Source: Eledone cirrhosa (taxonomy: Eukaryota). From it: a DNA stretch of 64,000 bases. The stretch is from contig OZ024749.1 of NCBI GenBank assembly GCA_964016885.1, forward strand, positions 26,660,001 to 26,724,000. Direction: 5' to 3'. Shown here in pieces: positions 55,701 through 64,000 of this stretch. The notes under the pieces were generated by a model. That model did no database searches. It saw only the letters and a list, made by a program, of their open reading frames with translations, and was not told where the DNA came from. Made by a program: the position numbers and the translations under genes. How positions within the stretch are numbered: position 1 is the stretch's first letter; every line of letters begins with the position of its first letter.

Positions 55701-56104
55701 CTCGTGTGTCTCAAGACGTGGGGTGTATTGATAGATGCAACTGACCGTGGTCATTGGAGAACTTTGGCTGCCTCGTGTGTCTCAAGACGTGGGGTGTATT
55801 GATAGATGCAACTGACCGTGGTCATTGGAGAACTTTGGCTGCCTCGTGTGTCTCAAGACGTGGGGTGTATTGATAGATGCAACTGACCGTGGTCATTGGA
55901 GAACTTTGGATGTCTCGTGTGTCTCAAGACGTGGGATGTATTGATAGATGCAACTGACCGTCGTCATTGGAGAACTTTGGATGTCTCGTGTGTCTCAAGA
56001 CGTGGGATGTATTGATAGACGCAACTGACCGTCGTCATTGGAGAACTTTGGCTGCCTTGTGTGTCTCAAGACGTGGGAGCTTCTAAATCTACAGTCTAAG
56101 TCTA
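52790..56104 (+). mobile_element. RTE LINE 3' end hosting a satellite expansion
   Basis: PHGKRRRGLPKMNYW*TIDRDLK before the array; ...SRRGSF* (TAA 56084-56086) and short ctaa-type tail repeats after it. Confidence 0.75.
52897..56078 (+). repeat. 71-bp tandem satellite, about 45 copies
   Basis: actgaccg recurs at 52971, 53042, 53113...; unit gcaactgaccgtggtcattggagaactttggctgcctcgtgtgtctcaagacgtgggatgtattgatagat. Confidence 0.97.
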
Positions 56105-56401
56105 TGATGATGTTGATTATGATGATGATGATGATGATAAGGAGAAAAACGATCATCATGTTGGTGATGATCGTGATCATGATGTTGGTGATGATCATGA
56201 TGAACATAATGATGATCATTCTCATCATCACGATGATGATGATGATGATGATAGTACTAACAATTATATTAATAGCAATCATCATTTATTTATTTTAAAA
56301 ATATTAGTAATAGCAATTAGTTTAACAATGTAAAGAGTGAATTTTAAATGGAAACCATTTCGTTGACATATTAAATATACTAAGTGTGTGTGTATGTATA
56401 T

Positions 56402-56532
<131 letters not shown>

Positions 56533-56572
56533 TGTATATATATATATATGTATATATATATTTATATATACA

Positions 56573-56674
<102 letters not shown>

Positions 56675-56767
56675 TATATATACACATATATATATATACA
56701 TATATATATAAATATATATATATATACATATATATATATAAATATATATATATACATATATATATAA

Positions 56768-56810
<43 letters not shown>

Positions 56811-56826
56811 TACATATATATATAAA

Positions 56827-56859
<33 letters not shown>

Positions 56860-56882
56860 GTGTATATATATATGTAAATGTG

Positions 56883-56919
<37 letters not shown>

Positions 56920-57142
56920 GTATATATATATACATATATATATATGTATATATATATATATAAATGTGTGTGTGTGCATATCTATATATATACATATATA
57001 TATATATGTATATATATATATGTAAATGTGTGTGTGTGTGTATATATATATATATAGAGAGAGAGAGTGAGAGAAATAGATATATAGATATACTATATAA
57101 ACTATTTTATGGAAAATAAATAATTAATAGGAATATAATATT

Positions 57143-57200
<58 letters not shown>

Positions 57201-57271
57201 TCTTAATATTATCAACTAAAGTTAAAAAAATCACAAATATATTTGGTCAGTAATTATTTTTTTTATTAAAG

Positions 57272-57342
<71 letters not shown>

Positions 57343-57539
57343 GAGGCGGGGGTTGTATGTTTTTATAAATAATATATAGACAAATATATACATATATATG
57401 CGTGTGATGGTTGGGAGTGGGCATGTGTCTGAATACGGATGTACATGTACACAGACGAAATATACATAAATAGAATATGTAATATTCACACACACATATA
57501 TAAGTGTATGTGTATGTATGTAATATATGTATATATATG

Positions 57540-57671
<132 letters not shown>

Positions 57672-57697
57672 CATGTACATATATATATATATATATG

Positions 57698-57743
<46 letters not shown>

Positions 57744-57750
57744 CATCTAC

Positions 57751-57784
<34 letters not shown>

Positions 57785-57827
57785 GTATATTTATATATAT
57801 ATGTATATGTACATATATATATATATG

Positions 57828-57872
<45 letters not shown>

Positions 57873-58043
57873 GTATATATATATATGTATATATATATAT
57901 ATACGTATATATATATGTATATATGTATATGTATATATATATAGATGTATATATATATATATATATGTATATGTATAAGTATATGTATATATATATGTAT
58001 ATATATATATGTATATGTATATATATAGATATATAGATATATG

Positions 58044-58111
<68 letters not shown>

Positions 58112-59299
58112 CATACATATATTTATAATGTATTAAATTGCTAAGAAATATAGATAGATAGAAAATATATATATTTATTTATAATGTATTAAATTGCTAA
58201 CAAATTAGTAATAAATAGCAAATATAGACAATTTCCATTTCTACAGCATAGAAGTAAATCAAATAAAATCGGTAGAAAGAAAATTGAAAATTGAAAACTT
58301 ATGACGTGAGAAAAAGTGAAACGAGAGGGGGTTGGGGGGGGGGGGGGGGGGTGAACATCCCTCGTCGTGATATTTATAAATATTAATGATTTCAATGCCT
58401 GTGACAAGTGAATTGATTAATTAACAGTTTTGTAGAAAGCAGGAGAGAGAAATAAAATGGAAACATTACGTAAGAAAACAATATAAAGTGTGAAAAAAAT
58501 GATAAAGATAAATATGCATAAAATATAAATATCTATGTATTTTTGATGACATGCTAATTTTCCATATTTTTGTGTGGTTGGTACAGGAGGACAGGGGCGG
58601 AGTGTTTGTTTTGTTTTTAATACTTTTTCGACACTATATTATTTTTGTTATTGAATATAGTTAAACGGGAAGAAATTATTCTCTGAGACTACATGTAATT
58701 AATAGATCGATGTTTAGTTATTTACCTACGAAAAGTAGTTAGATTAGAAAACTGTCAGAACAATCTGACGTTTGTTGCTAGCACCCTCTGGTGTTGAAAT
58801 GTGTGACTGAAGCTATTGCATTTATATTCTTATCATCATTATATTATTATTATTATTATCATTATTATTATCATCATCATTATCATTATTATTGGTATTG
58901 GTATTGTTGTTATTACATTATTATATTATTGGTATTGGTATTGTTGTTATTACATTATTATATTAAAATATATCAGAGGTTTTGAAAGATGGTAAAATTG
59001 TTGTAGAATTTTTGGTGGAATTGTAGTGGAATTGTGGTAGCATTAGAGCTACAGAAAGTTTATAACCAAGTTATGACTGGTACATTTTTGATGGTCAGAG
59101 AGCAATATTTTCCAACAGGGTACTACAGCTAGTACTATTACTATACATACATACATGCATACATACATACATACATACATACATACATACATACATACAT
59201 GCATGCATGCATGCATGCATACATACATACATACATACATACATACATACATACATACATACATACATACATACATACATACATACATACATACATACA

Positions 59300-59330
<31 letters not shown>

Positions 59331-59716
59331 GGGATATGTTAGTAACTGCCTCAATACAAATCTTGAGAAGCTAGGCTTCACAGGAACAGAAAGAACACAA
59401 CTAGTTAGGAAATTACAAGTACAATCCATTAATGGAACAGTAAAAATATGTAAAACATTCCAAAAATGTTGCATCTAATAACTGCATATACACATGTACA
59501 GATACAAAGCATATACACATGCACACATACAACTCAAAACATACACATCCACACATACAATAACATCCATATCTACACATGCATGCATGCAGACATACAT
59601 ACATATCTACCTAGTTGATGTTGTGTAAATTCCAATGAGAGAGTCTTGTGTCTATGTTAGAAACCGACTCTCTCTCTTTATTGGTAAAACTTTGTGAAAT
59701 TATAAAACCAGAAGAA
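59331..59716 (+). mobile_element. 5'-truncated RLE-type LINE 3' end flanked by (TACA)n
   Basis: GYVSNCLNTNLEKLGF...LQVQSINGTVKICKTFQKCCI*; same family as 46640-47796. Confidence 0.75.
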
Positions 59717-59763
59717 CATACATACATACATACATACATACATACATACATACATACATACAT

Positions 59764-60072
59764 GAGGATTGCAGCGTCTCCTATTGATTCTTCGTTATCA
59801 TCCCATCTACGTCCATGACTTTGTAGATGACTTTGTAGGCCAGCTGTAGATCTGCACGGTTTACGACACAGGTGACAGAAGAGATTTGTGCTTTCCACAG
59901 GACCGGTGGTGTCACCCTGTGGGACACAATCTTTATGTACCACCATGTGTCTTTTTAGTCCGGAACTAATTCTACACACTTTGTTTGGCCAGGACTTTGT
60001 TGAGTGGTGTTGCTGGTGGTTAACTTTTCACGTGACTTCAGATGATTAACATAACCAGCCTTTGAGAGGAGT
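59764..60072 (-). mobile_element. RTE-like LINE C-terminal fragment with C2H2 fingers, flanked by (ATGT)n
   Basis: SKAGYVNHLKS, SSGLKRHMVVH, FCHLCRKPCRSTAGLQSHLQSH. Confidence 0.65.
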
Positions 60073-60156
60073 ACATACATACATACATACATACATACAT
60101 ACATACATACATACATACATACATACATACATACATACATACATACATACATACAT

Positions 60157-60766
60157 GGTGGCTGCCAACTCGTTTTCGAGTACGGCCACTACTTTATATC
60201 CATGTAGGAGAATCCCTACCGATGCGCTGAACAAGTGTGACTTTTTAGTCCAGCCAGCGAATTGAAAACTCTGGTACAAACACTACACTTGTGACAATTA
60301 TTGACACATAGTGCTGGGCCCATGGTACCATGTGACGACAAGTGCAGAGAGATCTCCAGATATAAAGCAATGCCTGTGCCGTGAAGCTTTTATAGTGAGC
60401 AAAGGCACTGCACAAAGCCAGTCCCACTCTCTTAACCAAGATGATATTTACCAAAAAGAAGAACAAGTCAACATCATTGGATACCATCAGAGTTGCAGGT
60501 GTTATATCAGAGTTTTCCTTCTCCTAGAATTCTGCCTTGTCAAAGGCTAAGGAGTCATCTCTCCCGGTGATTTTGGATTGCCATTGACTCTTAAGAGTTC
60601 CTTTGCCCTTTGACAGGTTTTGTTTTTAGTCCTGCAGGATGTCCAAAGTCACCCTCCTCACCAAGAAACATTGGTGGGGTTGCCAGTTTAGTCGCCAACG
60701 ACCCGACCATGAGACAGGTTGTACTGGGATACATGTTACCAGTAGCACCAACTGGTGACCTGACAT
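60157..60766 (-). mobile_element. Longest (about 610 bp) copy of the non-autonomous RTE-like element
   Basis: Matches 23791-24375 and extends further 5'; flanked by (TACA)n. Confidence 0.75.
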
Positions 60767-60812
60767 TATACATACATACATACATACATACATACATACA
60801 TACATACATACA

Positions 60813-60843
<31 letters not shown>

Positions 60844-60886
60844 GCACTTACATTCAAATTAATATATTTTTACCTTCTCTTTGTAG

Positions 60887-61106
60887 GATTACGCCACGTT
60901 AGAGAACGCTGAAACAGTTATATACCCCTATGGCGACAAAGAGTTGAAATCTCGCGAGATTGCAAAAAATGCAAACGATGCTAAATTCAAAGCCTTGAAG
61001 TCCCTACCGGATGTGACGAAACGACTGGATATAAATTCTTTACAGGGTTTCCTTTTAGAGAGTTACATGGCCAAGCCGTCGCGTTTTCCAACAGTGATAA
61101 TTACGG
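60887..61106 (+). CDS. Probable internal exon of a host protein-coding gene (DYATLENAETVIYPYGDKELKSREIAK...PSRFPTVIITG), product unknown
   Basis: Polypyrimidine acceptor taccttctctttgtAG, donor G|GTAAGA, 220-nt stop-free frame of high-complexity sequence. Confidence 0.6.
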
Positions 61107-61444
61107 GTAAGATGACTTGTTCCATCTATTCTTTTTTACTAAACACACTTCTACAACAACAACAGCAACAACAACAACAACAGCACAGCAACAACAACAA
61201 CAACAGCACAGCAACAACAACAACAACAGCACAGCAACAACAACAACATAATCAACAAATACAGGGCCAGAATCTTTTGTGGGTTGTTCCATCTTTTTTT
61301 TTTTTTACTAACATTCTACAACAACAACAACAGCAACAACAACAGTAACAACAGCAACAACAACAACAACAATATAATCAACATATACACGGCCAGAATC
61401 TTTTGTGGGCTGGGAATGGAGGTGGGGACGCAATTATATATGGC

Positions 61445-61890
61445 TGTACTTTATTTTATCGACTACGGAAAGATGAAAGACAAATTTGACCTCGATAGGA
61501 TTTGAACTGGGAATGTAAAGAGCCGGAACTAAATACCGCATAGATTTCTGTCCGATGCTCTAACGATTCTGCCGATCTATTGCATTTTTTAATAATAGTT
61601 TCTACTTTTTGCACAAGGCCAGCAATTATCCCAGTGCATTACTGGTACTTTATTTTATCGACACCGTAAGGATGAAAGGCAAAGTTAGCCTCAGCAGGAT
61701 TTGAACTCAGAACGTAAAGGGCCTTAACTCTATGCTTCAAAGCATGGCGTCCGACGCTCTACCGATGCTGCCAATCCACAACCTTTATTACATTTTTTTA
61801 ATAATGGTTTCTGATTTAGGCACAAAGCTAAAGATTCGGGGTGGGGGAAAGTCGATTAAGTCGACCCAAGTGCATTACTGGTACTTTATT
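61445..61890 (-). mobile_element. Three further SINE family A copies or fragments
   Basis: Same body motif (ggatttgaactc, aaggatgaaaggc). Confidence 0.75.
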
Positions 61891-61974
61891 AATGTCCTGG
61901 GGTTGATTTAATCGACTTTCCATTTCCTTTTTAAATTGCGAGTCTTGTACCAAATCTCGAAACAATTATTATGT

Positions 61975-61999
61975 TACTGTTATTGTTGTTGTTGTTGTT

Positions 62000-62038
<39 letters not shown>

Positions 62039-63680
62039 AACAACAAAAACAAAAATAACAACATTAACAACAACAATAACAACAGCAACAACAATAACAA
62101 CAACAACAACAATAACAGTAACAACAACAATACTACCAACAATTCCAACAGCAATAACAACAACACCAACAACAACAATGACAACATACCAACAACAATG
62201 CTAACAACAATAACAGCAACAATAACAACAACAACAGCAAACCCAACAAAAACAACAACAACGACAACAACAATAACAATTACAACATTAACAACAACAG
62301 CAACAACAATACCAAAAACAACAACAACAACAATAACAATAACAACATTAACAACCACAACACTAACAACAAAAATAACAACAACCACAACAAAAATTAC
62401 AGCAATAACAACAACAGTAACAACATTAACAGAAATAACCCCAACAACAATAACAGCAACAACAGTAACAACAATAACAACAACAGTAACAACAATAACA
62501 GCAACAACAGTAACAACAATAACAACAATAACAACAACAACAACAACAACAGTAACAACAATAACAACAACAATAACAGCAACAACAGTAACAACAATAA
62601 CAACAATAACAACAACAACAACAACAGTAACAACAATAACAACAACAATAACAGCAACAGTAACAACAATAACAACAACAAAAGTAACAACAATAACAAC
62701 AACAAAAGTAACAACAATAACAACAACAGTAACAACAATAACAGCAACAACAGTAACAACAATAACAACAACAATAACAACAACAATAACAACAACAATA
62801 ACAACAACAATAACAGCAACAGTAACAACAATAACAACAACAATAACAACAACAATAACAACAACAATAACAGCAACAACAATAACAGCAACAGTAACAA
62901 CAATAACAACAACAATAACAACAACAATAACAGCAACAGTAACAACAATAACAACAACAATAACAACAACAACAACAACAACAATAACAGCAACAACAAT
63001 AACAGCAACAGTAACAACAATAATAACAACAATAACAACAACAATAACACCAACAGTAACAATAACAACAACAACAACAGTAACAACAGTAACAACAATA
63101 ACAACAACAATAACAACAACAATAACAGCAACAACAACAACAACAACAGTAACAACAGTAACAACAATAACAACAACAATAACAACAACAATAACAGCAA
63201 CAACAATAACAGCAACAGTAACAACAATAACAACAACAATAACAACAACAATAACAGCAACAGTAACAACAATAACAACAACAATAACAACAACAACAAC
63301 AACAATAACAGCAACAACAATAACAGCAACAGTAACAACAATAATAACAACAATAGCAACAACAATAACACCAACAGTAACAATAACAACAACAACAACA
63401 GTAACAACAGTAACAACAATAACAACAACAATAACAACAACAATAACAGCAACAACAACAACAACAACAGTAACAACAGTAACAACAATAACAACAACAA
63501 TAACAACAACAATAACAGCAACAACAATAACAGCAACAGTAACAACAATAACAACAACAACAACAGTAACAACAGTAGCAACAATAATAACAACAATAAC
63601 ACCAACAGTAACAATAACAACAACAATAACAGCAACAGTAACAACAATAACAACAACAATAACAACAGTAACAACAACCA
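61975..63680. repeat. (GTT)n followed by a long compound (AAC/AAT/AGT)n array
   Basis: Directly visible. Confidence 0.95.
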
Positions 63681-64000
63681 AAACATCTCGACGTTAATCT
63701 CCCCGTGTAGTCTTAAATTATTATTTTCTAGAATATCCTTGACAGTCTCGGAGTATTCCTAATGGAATTTTGATTAGCATCCGGCACCAGTTTAGCATGT
63801 AGTCTGTCTAGGAAGTAATTACTTGAAATTTTGTTGTGTTTAGCTAATATATCATTGGGATAGAAGACAGGCAGACAGGCAGACTGACAGACTGACTGAC
63901 TGACTGAGAGACAGAGAGGTTGATAGACTAACAGAGAGGCTGATAGACCAATAGACTGATAGATTGGATGAGAGAGTGGGAGAGAGAGGAGTGAGATAGG

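Noticed and set aside
52897-56078. CRISPR-like array
   Set aside because: No unique spacers, no cas genes, eukaryotic context; a pure 71-bp tandem derived from a LINE
62198-63697. Mucin-like Thr-rich ORF
   Set aside because: (AAC)n microsatellite, nearly all codons ending in A; no unique flanking coding sequence

Overview
Eukaryotic, very microsatellite-rich (TA, CA, GA, TACA, TCTA, trinucleotide) DNA. The SINE and repeat repertoire resembles an octopod (Octopus-like) genome; this is an inference. Nearly all ORFs in the track are microsatellite artefacts. Real coding content: (1) one intact full-length L1/Tx1-group non-LTR retrotransposon (ORF1 14613-16373 with zinc knuckle; ORF2 16397-19834 with APE endonuclease, RT and CCHC) plus three 5'-truncated relatives, all in (TCTA/TCTG)n tracts; (2) decayed 3' ends of RTE, R4/Dong-like and CRE-like LINEs; (3) one probable host exon (60887-61106). 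The most striking unannotated system is a set of non-coding fold-back (palindromic) insertions in (TA)n tracts. Several carry minimal type-I hammerhead ribozymes with palindromic stem III, the Penelope/retrozyme signature. The clearest case is a 466-bp hammerhead-bearing unit arranged as a tandem array folded into a palindrome and flanked by a 16-bp direct repeat (27582-29390). Also present: a 71-bp satellite made from an RTE LINE C-terminal coding segment, 10-bp-based higher-order satellites, a three-TIR mariner-type MITE, non-autonomous RTE-like elements and many tRNA-derived SINEs. All calls come from reading the sequence by eye; no searches were run.
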